From contig NC_092672.1 of the NCBI RefSeq assembly GCF_964355755.1, positions 27,286,437 to 27,350,436 of the forward strand: 64,000 bases of DNA. The letters are read 5' to 3'. The DNA comes from Antedon mediterranea (taxonomy: Eukaryota > Animalia > Echinodermata). This document shows, in pieces, positions 25,504-40,600 of this stretch. The notes under the pieces were generated by a model, which ran no database searches, was not told where the DNA came from, and saw only the letters and a list, made by a program, of their open reading frames with translations. Each line of letters begins with the position of its first letter. The stretch's first letter is position 1. The translations under genes and the position numbers were made by a program.

Positions 25504-26954
25504 GATGTTAATTCTTGCCGGTAACGATGTTCGTCTTGATATGAGATTTGTTTGGTTTTGAGCGTACTGTATTTGTAACCTGTCTGCCGTTGTATTCCGT
25601 CGTTTACTTTGTCTTCGTTTTCTTACTAAAGAGTTACAGAAACAAAGAACCAATGGTTTATTGGACTTTAATGATAGTTCATGCTGTTTGCCGCCCTCCT
25701 CAGTACCACATTTATCGCAGAAGTTTATTGGAGCCACTAAGGCTTCGTTCTGTGTTAAAATAACCATATTTTTGTGAAATAAATTGATGTTTCTGAAGAC
25801 CAAATAATTAACAGTGGGTTAACCTGATGTAGTCACTATTACGAATGAATAATCCTTGCTCACTCTAGTTAAACAATGAAGGCTTATCCTTCACGATTCA
25901 GTGACTGTCAGCTGGTAGCATTACTCAATGAACAGGATACTAACCAATCACAAAGTCTGATGGGAGTGGCTAAACCAAATAAGGGCAATGAGATCATCAA
26001 TCAATGTTTATTCAAGCGTAGGATTCTAATAAGACTTGTTTGGTGGTATAAACCACCTTATTCCTGGTAATGTATAAATTAATACATGGATATAAATATA
26101 CATTTTCTTAACAATAACATTAATGTATCCAATGATTTTAAGGAAATCAACATTTTTGGGACAGCTTAATTTAATGTGTCAAATTACATGGCACACACAC
26201 ATTAATACATTTATGTTTATAATTAACTGGTATTCAAACTTTATTCTTTTATTTAGGTTCGAAAAAGTACAATAAATAAATCATCCGTAAAAAGCTTTGT
26301 TTATTTTGGAGATCAGAATCAATATCAGTATAAAACATGTCATGAACAACTATTTTCCTTATATTTAAAAATTTAAAAAAAATTGTTCACCTCTTAGAAA
26401 TGTACTAATGGTCCATTTAAATAATTTAATTAGTAATATTATTTCATGTCGATAACGACGATTGTGAAGATCATGGAGATGGAGATCAAAATCAATATAC
26501 TAACTGTAGTATAAAATATGTCATGAACAACTGTTTTTCCTATATTTAAAAATTGTAAAAAAATTGTTCACCTCTTAAAATACACCGAAAAAATACCAGT
26601 GTATACCGATTGTCACAGTCACCGTTTTTCCGCAGTACAATAGCAGCGGATTGACAGACGATCGACCACTTTATGGGGCTCAACGCCTACAGTAAGACGA
26701 TCGGGCCAATATAATTAGACGATCAGGTCAATAATTAGATGATCGGCCCATTGTAAAAATAAAGGAAAAAAGATCAGGTACACGAAAACGAATGGATTTA
26801 TAATTGTTCACCATAAAATATATTAAGGGTGTTCTTTCCACGAGTTTGTGATACAAATGTAATAAACTATGTACATTTCGATAAGTACTCATTTATTTGT
26901 TTTGCCGAGAACTCAATTATAAACTATAATGGAACACATTTACAAACGACACAC

Positions 26955-27335
26955 TTGACTATTGGGCCCAATGTTAAGACTATTGGGCCCAACGATTAAG
27001 ACTATCGGGCCCAATGTTAAGACTATCAGGCCCAATGTTAAGACTATCGGGCCCAATGTTAAGACTATCGGGCCCAATGCTAAGACTATCAGGCCCAATG
27101 TTAAGACTATCAGACCCAATGTTAAGACTATCAGGCCCAATGTTAAAGACTATCAGGCCCAACGATTAAGACTATCGGGCCCAACGATTAAGACTATCGG
27201 GCCCAATGTTAAGACTATCAGGCCCAACGATTAAGACTATCGGGCCCAACGATTAAGACTATCAGGCCCAACGATTAAGACTATCGGGCCCAACGATTAA
27301 GACTATTGGGCCAAACGTATAAGACGATCGGGCAT
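26955..27335. repeat. Minisatellite with 21-22 bp unit GGGCCCAATGTTAAGACTATC
   Basis: About 17 tandem copies are visible. More degenerate AGACGATCGG copies flank it at about 26690-26750. Confidence 0.95.
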
Positions 27336-28636
27336 ATAAAAAAATGGGCCCAATCGTCTCTAAGAGACGATCGACTGTTCACCTAGCAGAGCCTATGCTT
27401 ACACTGGTTTTAAGAGATTAAAAATGTGTTTCTAATTTTATCAATCATACACGTAACACTACAGGCATGTACTGTACAGTAGATTCTATATTTACGCCGA
27501 TATTGCGCCCCCTATAGTTTAAAAAAAAAATACTAATAGGTTATGATATCGGTGGATTGTAAGCCAGCTGGATGGCTGAATGGGTAGTACTTGGGTCTCA
27601 CAATGTAATGCTGTAGCGTTAGGCTAGGGTCGAAACTCGTTTTTGGTTTTTTTTTTTTTTGTTTACATTTTAGTTTTACTCACCATCTTCTTTATTGATC
27701 GTCATCTTTTCTCATCATTTTCCTAGAGGGATGTTTTTTTTAGGTTACGAGGGCCGGAGGCCCGAGAAAGAGGGCCTTGGCCCGATCGGGTCAATAATAG
27801 GCATAGATATAGAATCTAGCTTGGATCTACGGACGCCTAGGCGTAGATGCAGCCACTGCAAACATTTTTTACAGTAATAACTAATTTGTTTTTCTCATTT
27901 TCATACGGCCCCTCCGTTCAGATGGTACGATTTTATTAATTAATATTATATTAATTACTGTAGTATAGTAACATGGATGGTACAGTATCCTGAAATTCCA
28001 TGAAAACACTTAGCCTAGAGGCCTAGCTAGTCTTAGCTATAGGCCCCTATGTGTTAGTAGGCTAGTCCCTGCAGTAGTAGTAGGCCTACTCTAGCCTGCC
28101 TAGCCTAGTAGGGCCAGGCCTAGCCAGCTAGATATAAAAGGCCTAGGCCCTACTACTACTAGGCCTAGGCTACTAGCTAGGTAGGCTAGCCTAGGCCTAC
28201 TAGAGCCTAGCTAGTAGGCCTACTATAGCTAGGCCTAGGCTAGGTTATAAACTAGCAGTTAATTAAACGAGATTATATAATTAATATGCCTATATTAGCA
28301 ACAAATTAACGCGAATAATTGTTAAGAGTCTTAAACATTGTTGAGATAATTTGGATATATAAAAAGCAATATTCTTACATTATTCAGTCAGATTTTGTTT
28401 GTATGTTGTTAATCCCCACCACACACACAAAAACTGCAATTTTTTTAAAGTTCCCGCTTTGACCAATCACGCTCGCCGTTAAGTTTTTAATAAAACAAGA
28501 GCTAACAACTGTGATTGGCTCGTTCCGCTCTAGAAATTTGAGGTTAAATGTCATCATTACAGGTCTGACAAGTTCTAGAACAGGCCAAGTGTTTTTAGAA
28601 ACAAAGAAAGAGGTGTAAATTGTCTTTATTTTCAAC

Positions 28637-31600
28637 ATGGCTGAAGTTTTGTCGGCATTTTTCGATAAAATATCTGTACCACAAGGTGGCGATAAAATAT
28701 ATAAAGATGAATGTACTTATTCATTTGACAATCCGGTAAGTTTGTATTCATAAAATGCAGAGTCAGGCACAAGAACAGTTGCTCAGTCATCCGTGGAAAT
28801 TTGGGCCGAAGGGAGGAGGCATCCTCTCCCCGTTTGGTTTGTGATCAATAAATAGCCTAATTTTTTATGTTATATACTAACCAGCATAATAAACTGCTAA
28901 GTTACGTACTATTTGTTGAAGGGTAGTAGTAGTGCTCTGCTAGCAGGTTAGTAGGACCTAGCTAGGCCTAGGCCCGAGGCCTAGCTAGGCTAACCAGGGA
29001 GTTGTAAAATATTATTATTAATACGCCGTGGTTAGGATTCCGGCACCGGAACTCAACTGCCCACCGTTAGGGAATCCGACACGCTATTGCGCATGCTCAG
29101 AGCTCTGGGAAGTGAATAATTATAGCTTGTGACGTGCCACACTGCACACCACACTACCACTGCTGAGAGTCGGAGTGTTAGGATTTACTGTAGCCTAGTT
29201 AGTCGTTGCGCGAGCGAGAGAGCGATGGATTAAACTTGGCCTAGGCCATACATGAATTAATAATTAAAATACGAATACGCCAGGCGCCACGCGTTAAAAT
29301 AATTATTATGATATTAATAAGAATCGGTATATCTATCTACCGTAAGAATCGTAATGCTGTATTTAGCGTTGCGACCCCGACTTCCCGAACAGTTTTTTCC
29401 GTCAATAAATTAACTTGTGATTGCATGTTATGTACAGTTATAATGCGTTATATGAAATCTTTTATTTTGTACTTGAAAAATCATAAAACTAGTCAACTCA
29501 TGTAATTATATAATTCATAATTAGGCCCTATATGAAGTTTATATATGAATGAAGCAACCACTTTTACAATTACAAAATAAATAGGCCCACTGGTCACGTC
29601 TAGCTGGTAGGCCTAGCCTAGTATTTACTATTAGTGGATCCCGTTATTAGTAGGCATCTACGCTAGTTCGCCGTGGCGGAGCTATGAAATGATCCATCGC
29701 TGTTGATAAAGTATAGAGTCACCGATTACCGGCGCTCTGAGCATGCGCAATAGCGTGTCGGATTCCCTAACGGTTGGCAGTTGAGTTCCGGTGCCGGAAT
29801 CCTAACCACGGCGTTATTAATATTATAATAATATTATTTTACAACTCCCTGCCTGGGCAGCAATTTACAATTAATGTAATTAATAGAGTAATTTTTTGTT
29901 TAATCATTCATCCTACCAATAACACATTATCTCTAGTTTTAATAACAGTCATGGATAGCTTTATGGTTTAATTGTGAAATGTTTTCCTTAATAGGAAAGT
30001 GAGAATGGGTTGTATGTGTGTATGCAGACATTTTTAGGCTTTGGCAAAGCACATGTATTGCGTCACTACAATCAAACTGGCAATCCGGTCTATCTTCACC
30101 TAAAGACAACAAAGAAGAAGGTGAGGAAATAAAAACACTTTAGCAAGGAACAAGAATGTTCTGAACTTTCTAAACAAAAGCATTTAATGTTTCCTTAAAG
30201 TATTAAGTTCCATGTACTAATGCAGTCCCTCTTCACCTTCTGTAAACCTCTTATTTTTTCCCGAGTAATCGGCCAGACTTGACCTGATTTCAATATCAAC
30301 AACAACAACAACATTTATTTAGAAACAGTTCATGAAATAAAAACAGCATACATTAATTACAATAACTTAAAATGGTAATATTAAATAAGAACTGTTTCAG
30401 GGATCAAAAAAAGAAGTAAAAGAACTTGTCAAATACCAACCTCTAAACAAAAACAACAAAAAAGCAACTGCATGACGAATCATTAGCTAATTTATGTGTG
30501 AACATGCTTCAAATAGTGTAAGCAAAATCAGTGTGTCATTCCAAATTAGATAGTGGGTCCCGGATGGAAGATGTTCTCCCTTGAAATTAGCTGACACAAA
30601 AATAATATGCCTGAAGATTTATGTGGGTAGTTTACCCCAAGGCTGACAGGTATTGAAACTGTATTCCCCGAATAAATGTATGTCTGAATTTTGTTTTTTA
30701 AGATAATCAAGGCGCCTGAAACAGAGGAAGAAAAGGCCAAACCAACCAGACTTGCTATTGGTAATTAGAATCTGTATTAACCAAGTTATGAGGCAAACAT
30801 TCAGTATGAGAAATGTTACATGTTGATATACTGTACCTTGATCTTGGGACTTTGTAAGCTTTTGACCATTGAACATACCATAAATGATACTGTAAAGGCT
30901 AAACCTCAGCTGATGATACTTTTCACACAATCAATATGAAAAACATGGTCTTAATTACTACAGATTTTGACTGCATTACTATAAAAAAGCTCTTTCTCAC
31001 CCTCAAACTCTCTTTAAAAAGTGTTATAGCCTTGGTGGATGATGATAGGATTTCATAATAATAAAACTGAATTATTTAATGTTTAATTATTAAATTTTGT
31101 GATGTATTACCATGTATTTATACATGATTTCACAATTTGACATTAGAATATTTGTAACTCTGTTAATTTTAGGTGTTGAGGGCGGTTTTGCGGGCGATGA
31201 CAGTGACCAGTATGAGTACGAAGAGAGCAATTCTGTTGTGTTGCTTCCAGACTTTATCTCATTTTCACTACCAGATGCATCTCTTCCTGAAAAGGTAAGG
31301 TTGTGATACTCCCACTTTAGAGTCTGCACACCTTCATTGAGATAATTTAAAGTTGAAAACTAACATCTTGTGGTTTTTTAAAAGTCTTTACACATAAAAA
31401 AAAATAAGTAAGTGATTTTATTGTGGCCTTATGTTATTCCGGTACAAATTCAATATAGTTTAACATCTCTTCTTTATATTTATTTTATTTCAACTACAAC
31501 CCACAGCGAAGAATCGCCAATTATAGGATGCCTTAAAAATATTTAGATATAAATATACATAAAAACACAGAAAATGACAATATGAATTATACAAAAACAT

Positions 31601-34600
31601 GCAAAATTAAATAGATTTAAACACTAAAAATTTACAAACTGTTAAAAAAATATCAATAATCTTATCTGTAATAAAAATTGAATTGTAAAGGTTGGATAAT
31701 CTTTGAATAAAAGCATTTTTAGTTACGTTGATTTGACGTAGAACACCTCCATTGGGAACATCCCTACCTGAGAAAACTGGCAATATATGTTTTAACACTA
31801 TATGGTCAACCCATATTAAGGGAACTCTTTGTGGATCCCGAAGGTGTCTCCTTACAGTATATGAAGTTTAACAAAAACAATATTAATTCTTTTCTTTTCA
31901 GATATATTATAATCATTTCCATTGATTTATATTTTGTTTTGTTTGTGTACTGTAGGTTCAGCTAGCAGTAACTGGGATTATTTCAGCTGAATCCGCATCA
32001 CGTATGGAACAGGTTGCAGCTTGGGATGGAGAGAAACGATTTATATCGAAGTTAGTTCAACATATGTTGTTGCTTAATTTCATTTATTAAGTTGTGTAGA
32101 AAATATTAGTTATTAGGGAGCTTTCGAATTTGCGGCGATCAATTGCCTCAGTAGGTCATGTCAATTTATTCAAGTTGTTTCCTTGCTGCCCACCTCAACA
32201 GAGTTGTGATAGATCCAGACAATGACATATCGATTGACCTCTTGTTGCTAGCTTGTCGGTCGTCATAAATGGAAAGCTCTTTATTCTCCCTCTTGTCCGC
32301 ATATTCATAAATTCCATCTACTTTTACTATGCGAATAATGCTCAACCAATCAGCAGAGCCTAGGAATGCTTGATTTGCCTACTGGAAAACATGTTAGAAG
32401 GACACTTGCAGAGTGCAAACCTTCGCCTAGGCATATGCAAAATTAATGACTTGTTCCTATACAGCTGAAACCATTCTTTAAAATCTTATGAAAATCGGCC
32501 AATAACTTTTTGAATAATCCTACTAACTAACAAATATAGAAAGAAACGAACAGACAAACACACTCAATCTGCCACATAACTTCTCACCATTCTGGTGTAG
32601 GTAATGAAGCAGAAATTTTTCTTTTATTGCTTAACCAAACAATCAAACATACTTGCAGGCATGCTGACAATTTGAAACAGTTGGACAACGGTGTTAAGGT
32701 TCCACCGACTGGATGGAAGTGCACAAGATGTGACCTCACCCAGAATCTTTGGATAAACCTGACAGACGGAGCGATACTGTGTGGCCGTAAATATTTTGAT
32801 GGAAGTGGGGGTAACAACCATGCGGTTGAATATTACAAGGAGAAGGGATTTCCTTTAGCTGTCAAGCTGGGAACCATTACACCAAATGGAGCAGGTGGGT
32901 GATTACTTTTTGTATTTGATAGACCTATCCACTTTGAATGATATTTTGTCCATTTTCATGTGTAAATTTAATATGTAATTTCAATAGTTTGATAAGATTG
33001 CAGGTCTTATCTTTTGACACATGGGTTTGGGATCACTCACACAACACACTCCTAAAACTTCCTTGAATGTGATTTACAACACTTACATTTGGTACTCTGC
33101 TACGCACCACACCACCTACAGCACACATGAATGTGTTGAGCAGTGCAATAAGACAATGCATGTTAATAATTATTAATTTTTCTCTCTTGTAAATCAATTT
33201 AACTATATAAATGGCGTTATTGTACAGAGACACAGGCATAATATTTTCATTGTCATGATTTTGAATTTAACCTTTAAATTGAAGGCTATTGTTTAATTAA
33301 AAAATAATTTTTTTAATGCTGTGTAATGTTAAGTATAATATGTGATGTATTGACAATGATATAGTATGCTGTTGTGTCTATGTTGTTTACAGCAGATATG
33401 TTTTTAATTATTTCAGATGTATTCTCTTATGATGAAGATGATATGGTGGAAGATCCCAAGTTAGCTCAACATTTATCACATTTTGGTATTAATATGATGT
33501 CCATGGAAAAGGTAAGATAATATTGATTTATCGTTTTATTAATTCACAACTCGAGGTAGGCAGCCTTGTGTGATGTACTTAGTATTATTATTAATTGGTG
33601 TTGCACTATAGTCCTTACTTGCTTGCTGTGAATTGAGTAGTACACTTACCTAATTTCTTAACGTCTCATCCAGAAGACACAGCGTTATATAGGTTCGTAT
33701 TCCAACCCTCCAGTTGAATGCTCAGAAAGTGACGACAGATTCAAACTGTATTTTAGGGTTCAGCACACAACACAGCCACTGTCACCAGTTTAGCCAACTG
33801 CGCTATATGCCGTTCTCTATAATACTTGCTTGTTTTCAATAACCAGCCCAATAGATTTTTAGAGTAGAAATTGTGCTCAAATAGGCATAAACTAAGCATA
33901 TGCCTACTAAGTACACAATATAACCAAATTGTGCTTACAAACACTATGTAAATCCTAATTTATGAGATACTGAAACTTTTTGTTTATAGACCGATAAAAC
34001 AATGACAGAATTAGAGATTGATGCCAATATGAAAATATCAGAATGGGATGTCATCCAAGAAGCTGGAAAAAAGTTGACTCCAATGTTTGGTGCTGGGTAT
34101 ACTGGAATGCGTAACCTTGGCAACAGGTAAATATTGATGAAAACTATATAATACTACAATTCTGATATTGGGAGAGTTTGCAGCTTTTCAGAAGTGAACT
34201 GAAACATTTGTGTTAACATTAAACTTCCAATGTATTATTTAAGTTGCATAAAGTTATTATTTTAATAGTTATTGTCAAACGTAATTTCTTAAAGGGGGAT
34301 TCTGGGTTTAAAATTGCTTTTAAATATCGTTTATTTATTAAATAAAAAATATTATAACAATATAGACATGTCAGAATGAAGAAGTAATAACGAGAAATTT
34401 AAAAAATTAAATTTCATATACATTTTAGAGTAAATTCATGGAAAGTCTGTTTTTCAGCAGCTTAGGGAAGCTCATTAATATTCATGAGATATTCACAAAA
34501 TCACGTCATCAGTGGATTCCAAACTCGCGACGTCAAGCTCGTACGTTGTGTTCTCTCTCCCCTGTCAAACGACGACCACCCGATCATTGTGAAATACATT

Positions 34601-37600
34601 TTTTTGTAGATTTTCTAAGCTAGGCCTAAAGTGTAATAATAACAGTAGTAGCATATATTTATTTGACATTTAATGAAATACAAAATTTAGTACAGATTAC
34701 GGAGTCATAAATTATACTATTTTTATACCTCGAGAATAGTACAGATCGTATATCGGCTTCACGTACTAGGCTAGGCCTAGCCTAAATCATTTTATTCATG
34801 GGTGAGAGCCATTTCTGACTAGGGATTCCATGCCACGATGGCTACGTTAAAACATTGGGGCCATCATTTGTGGGCCTAGCTAGCTAGCCTATTACTAAAC
34901 GATTGGCCCATAAATAACAAAACTCAGTGGATTCCAAACCCATCCTATCAACCAAACTCCTAAACAATCGAAACCTAAAACGTTCTACAAAAATCGGCTG
35001 TAAATATTGAGGCAAAACAAGGTCCGATCGCCGTCCACACGTATGGTGTCCCGATCGTCTAATAAGTAGGCCTAAAATAGGCCTAGTTTACTCTCCAAAA
35101 GAGCGGATACTGCATCAAGCAAGTAGACCGGTAGTAGGAAAGAGACCTAGCCGATCCGGCCCAGTTAAAAATTGAGCTAGCTTGTGTAGTAGACCCTATG
35201 CGAATTGATACTACCAGGCCTTTTACTATAAGCTACACTAAAATTAGCAATACTTATGTTTACAAATATTCCAACTCTCGAGCTATATTATCTATACCAT
35301 TCCGGTAGGTCGAGTCGACCTTCAATCAAATACTGTACATCGTTCATGTTGTGATTATAGACGGGGTATACTCGACCCGACCAGTTTGGTATTGTATACT
35401 GTATCTGCTTATCACGTGACAATGCCAGGCATGGGCAGAGAGAGCACGTGTATCGTCGTCTCGCTCTCCTCGCTCACAGCAGGAATGTATACGTTACGCT
35501 TCATTGATTTTGAAGGCTTTCCCTAAGTCAATGCGAAAATCGGCAAACGTAAAGTGCAAACGTAAAGTGCAAACTTATCTAATTTTTCACTGTTTTGATG
35601 GATTTTCATAGAAAATTAACTTTATATAAATGGGAAGACCGACTAAAATTACATCAGATAAGTATAATTTTACAAAAGTAATTGATATGGTTAATGATAA
35701 CGAGTCGTCGGAAGATTGACCATTTCACGAATTTCCTATTCTGTAACCACTTGTTGCTGCACTTGTAATCTGGCCTCATTTCACAGCCTTCGTTCTGCTT
35801 TACTGGGCGCTTATATAAATTGAAACTTTTACCGTTCGAGAGACAAACAAATATATTTTACATTTTTTACTATTCATTTTATACCCGGAACCCCCCTTTA
35901 AATGTAGGTTTTGGGGTGTTTTCTTCTTGTTTGAAAGAAATTAATGCTCTATTTGGTTATCCGCAACGAAGTTGCAGGATAACCTCTTGTGATTGTACGA
36001 AATCATCATCATCATCATCTTTTTATTCTTCTTCTTTCTTTCTGTATGATTTTTGTGTAACGCTTTTCTCTGAAACTTGCAAACATAACATTTTGTTAAC
36101 TATGTTAACATTTTGACATTTATGTAACGTCGTCAAGCGAAGCTTTTCATGATGTTTACAATTGCGCAACGTGACGTACGCGCGATTTAACGATTTTCTC
36201 GTATTTAACATATGTCGAAAACCAAATAACATTTCAACTTGAAACTTTGCAAAAGTTTAATTTATATCATGCGCTAACTTTCTGTTGAAAAAAAATTGCG
36301 TGTTTTACACAAAGTTACGCGCGCACGCGCATTTAAAATTTCAAAATGCGCGAAATTAATTTATAATCAACTTTCTACGCGTTTCATGTCGTTTTAAGCA
36401 TGTCAAAAATTCCCACGCGTGCGCACCTTTTTACGTGTGCGGTGCGCACGTAGCATTGAAAACGTATTTTTTTCGCGTGATTTATGTTTTTCCAGCCTTT
36501 TCATGTAATTTTACCAAATTTTTAACAATTTCGACTTAAAGATACGTCATACGAGCACGTCGAATTGGACAATTTGCGCGCGTTTTTTATGAAAAGGTTA
36601 AAAAATTCGTTTAAAATATGCCTTTTTTTAAACAGTCGTAATTTCTAAACTAGACGGTCAAATTTTTGTGGATGACATATTCTGGAAGTAGATGAGTTGT
36701 AGATATCGGATCAGGTATTAATATGGCTAACCGGACATTGTGACGTCATCGTATGGCCACGCGAATATAAAATTTAGGATTTTTGTATCTTTCGTCATAG
36801 CTCATCACATTGAATAGAGCGCATCTCCACTTATCCGTTTTCCATTTTCATCCCGATTTTGATATTGTCTAGATCAATCAACTATCTTTCGCATGAGTTA
36901 AAAATATTTTAATTTTTTTGACGTCATCATGCCTAAAAATTTAAATCACGTATGGCATCAATTTCATCTTTACAGTAAATTTTAATCTGTTATAGCTCGT
37001 AAGAATAGAATGTGATAATCACGATTACAACTTTTTCTGGAAGCTATTGGATTGCAGATATGAAATTATGTAAAAATGTTGCCAATCGGATGTTGTGACG
37101 TCATCATATGGCCAGTTAAATAAAAAAGGTCGTATTTTCATCTTTTGCGTCATAATTCATTACATTTAAAAGAGCGCGCATCAATATTTAACGTATTCAA
37201 ATTTCTTCTACACGCTAATACGTTGTTGCTGAGATAATTTCCTTTCGGAATTGCTACCTTCGCGTTTCATTTTAAAACCGTCAACATGTTAAAAATTGCA
37301 ATAAATAGCGGGTCCCGTAATTTCACCTATTCTACACTGTATGTGATATGGATACAGATTATACTGTGTATACTGTATATGAATTTAAATAATAAAATTC
37401 AGCAATAACAACAGATCATATTCTTCAGTTCAGGTCATAATGCCAACGTGAACACTTCCTTTTGTCCTCAACCTATCCCCTTAATGTTAATGTTGCACCA
37501 CTTGCGCGGCGGATAACCAAACTCGTCAAAGTGACGAGTTACATGTCTAGTTTAAATTACAATATTGACATTTATTTACTTTTCAGCTGTTATTTAAATT

Positions 37601-40600
37601 CAGTTATGCAAGTTTTATTCACCATCCCAGACTTTGTAGATAGGTAAGTAAAAGTGTTTGAAAGTAGTGTGTTCATAGCACATATAGTATATGTCACTAA
37701 CATTTGTATTAATTTTCCTTTTTCTTTTCAAAATATTTCCTTTTTAGAAGGATGATAGGTACAGAGAGTATTGATTTAATTATTTTGACATTATAATATA
37801 GTGTACAAACTATAGTACAGTTTGTATTTTAGTCCAGACATAGTTGAAGGTAAGCTGGGTAGGTGATAGAAAGTTTAGTTGTGAAAACACCTCATGCTAA
37901 GCAGATCAACTTTGTGAAAGGTTGTAAAACTGTGTGGACAAACTTTAGGTTGGGTTGAAAAAACAGTGTGAAGAATTTTAGGCTGTTTAGAAGACCATGA
38001 GACAGTTTGGCTAGGTAGAAACATTTTAGGCTATTATGGAAGAGAAGGGTAGGCGATACTGCCCCACCACTGCCTAGCTAAGTTGTGGCACTTGCTAAAT
38101 CAATATTTGTTTGTCTTACAGATATCCTAAAAACATAGAAACTATATACTCAGAATGTAGAAACAGTCCTGCTTCAGATTTGACAGTGCAAATGTGAGTA
38201 TGCTGTTTTAATTTTGATTCTTTGATAAGAAGAAAGTCCTCCATTTCCCAAAGACTTGTAATAGCAGAGGCAGATTTAGAGGGAGCACATCAGGCATGCT
38301 GAATGCACCCTGAATATTAGACACTGTTAATGTAGAGCGTCTTGTGAACAGATTAATTGCCACTTTTTAGAGCAGAAACTGAAATCACTTATATTTATCC
38401 TTGGCAATATGGCTAAATTGAGAATAAAAAGAGAGTGTATACTTCTTACATGAATATCAAATATTGTATCTACAGTAGCTATGAAATAAAATATAGCGGA
38501 AATCAACATTTATTCAAAATTTTATATGGATCTGTGCTGTATGCGTAATAAAGTGTCATTTCATTCCATCACACCATCACGGTATCAGGGTTTCAGGACC
38601 TGAGCACACCTAAAGCTGTACCTACACTGTTGCTAATACAAGGCTAGGTACAACCAAGGACTTTTACCATGAAAAACTGGCTCATTTGTGCCCTTCATCT
38701 AATAATCTGCTTTTGTTATGCTAATGAGAAAGATAATCCCAATCTGCACATGCTCAGACATAACTTTAAAGATGTATTGTCCCCCAAAAACATGAAAAAT
38801 GAAGATTAATTAAATCAGACTTTGAATAGGTTATTTTGTAGTTTTAATAAAGTTAATCACATCCATAGAAAGAAAAACGAAAAAAATAATGTTTTCACTT
38901 ATAAAATAACATGATAAATGGTTAAATTCAACCAAAAATCCATTGGCTGGCAGTCAATTTGACCATTTTTTGCTTTAAATTCAAGTTTTTTCATGTATAT
39001 AAATTTTTTTTCGATCCAATTTTTGGTCGAAGTCAATAACTATTATGTGACATTAACATGGCATATTCAACAAAAAAAATGTTAAAAAATTATTTTTCAG
39101 GGGGACAATACATCTTTAATATGTAGGGTTTGTGCATTTATTAAGATTTTTTGTCGCTGACATATTATAACATATGTAGTTTTACTTTTATTTATTTCAA
39201 CATTCTTCTAACGAGGAAACGCATTCCATTTCAGGGCAAAATTAGGCCATGGCTTGTTATCGGGTGACTATTCAAAAGAGACTCCACTTGAAGATGGGGA
39301 AGATGAAGCTAAAGAAAAGGTGAGAAACAATTAATAAAAATGGGCTTATAAAATTGAACTGTTTACAAGGTGGGCTTATTCCCAAACCTGTACATTAAAT
39401 ATCTTATTTTTGTCACACAGTGTCAAGTGGGCATTGCTCCAAGGATGTTCAAGGCTCTGATTGGCCGAGGACATCCAGAATTTTCAACCAATAGGCAACA
39501 AGATGCTCAAGAGTTTTTGCTACATGTCTTTAATTTAATTGAGGTAAGGACACATCTGATTTTTTGAGTGAACAGATATGAAAAATTATATCTGCCGAAA
39601 TTACATTTTGATTATTTCTTTTAAGCGGAACACGAGAGGAACAAACAACCCCTGTGATAGTTTTAAAATGCAGCTAGAAGATCGAATAGAGTGCACACAG
39701 TCTCAACAAGTACGATACACAACACGTTTTGATTATATCCTGTCAGTACCGATACCACTTGAAGCTGCTACAAATGCAGGTAAATAATTTCTTAGACACT
39801 GCAGCATGTATGAAATAAATTTAAGTACAGTACAATACTTTTAATTTACGAACAATTAAATGACAATGGTCAGGAAAACTTTGTTAAAAATGAAGGTAAA
39901 CAATTTGTTAAATTACTTACTGTGTGAAATGAATTTAACATGTAAGCACGCCGAGCTACAGCTCACTATGTCGGTCGATAACACTTTGAGCAAGCGACTG
40001 CAGCCATCTATATGCCTTTTTATTTGTTAGACAGCTGTTCCAAGACAAAACAACATAACTACAAACTGATACTTTTTTAGAAAAATTGAATTATTATTAG
40101 CGTAAATATGTAAAATTTTGCATAATATTTATATTGAAATAAAATTTAATAATTTAAAAAATGTTATCAAAAGTTATTGCCACTTTTAACAGATGCTGTT
40201 TTGTCATTGAAATGGCATAGAGTTCACAAAAACATTTTCAGTACTTAAAATCATACAAAAAAATACTTTTTATTATTAATTAATCCTTAAATGTTTCAAT
40301 TACATTTTCAGATGAATTTGCCGCTTATGAAGTTAAGAAAAAAGAATTAGAAGCCAATAAACAGTGCATTGACCCAAAGGAAATTGTGAGGTTAAAAATT
40401 CCATTCAAAGCTTGCCTTGATAAAATGACACAACCAGAAATCGTTGATGATTTTTATAGCTCGGCTCTTAAAGCAAGATCTACTGCAAAAAAGTAAGCAT
40501 TTATATTCTAAGTTAAATTCTAAATAAATAGTCTACACTTAGTTCATGTGTCACAATGTTTATTTAATATTACAGTAAACATAATTATTAAAATTAATAA

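Noticed and set aside
25504-25803. 100-aa N-terminal extension of CDCA3
   Set aside because: It starts at a non-ATG codon, and family similarity begins at MGALES (25503); likely 5' UTR.
26955-27335. CRISPR-like array or repeat-protein ORFs
   Set aside because: Head-to-tail minisatellite with no unique spacers, no cas genes, and a eukaryotic context.
27560-27645. tRNA gene (also a similar stretch at about 63220-63300, minus strand)
   Set aside because: Only loose A/B-box similarity and no complete cloverleaf; at most decayed SINE heads.
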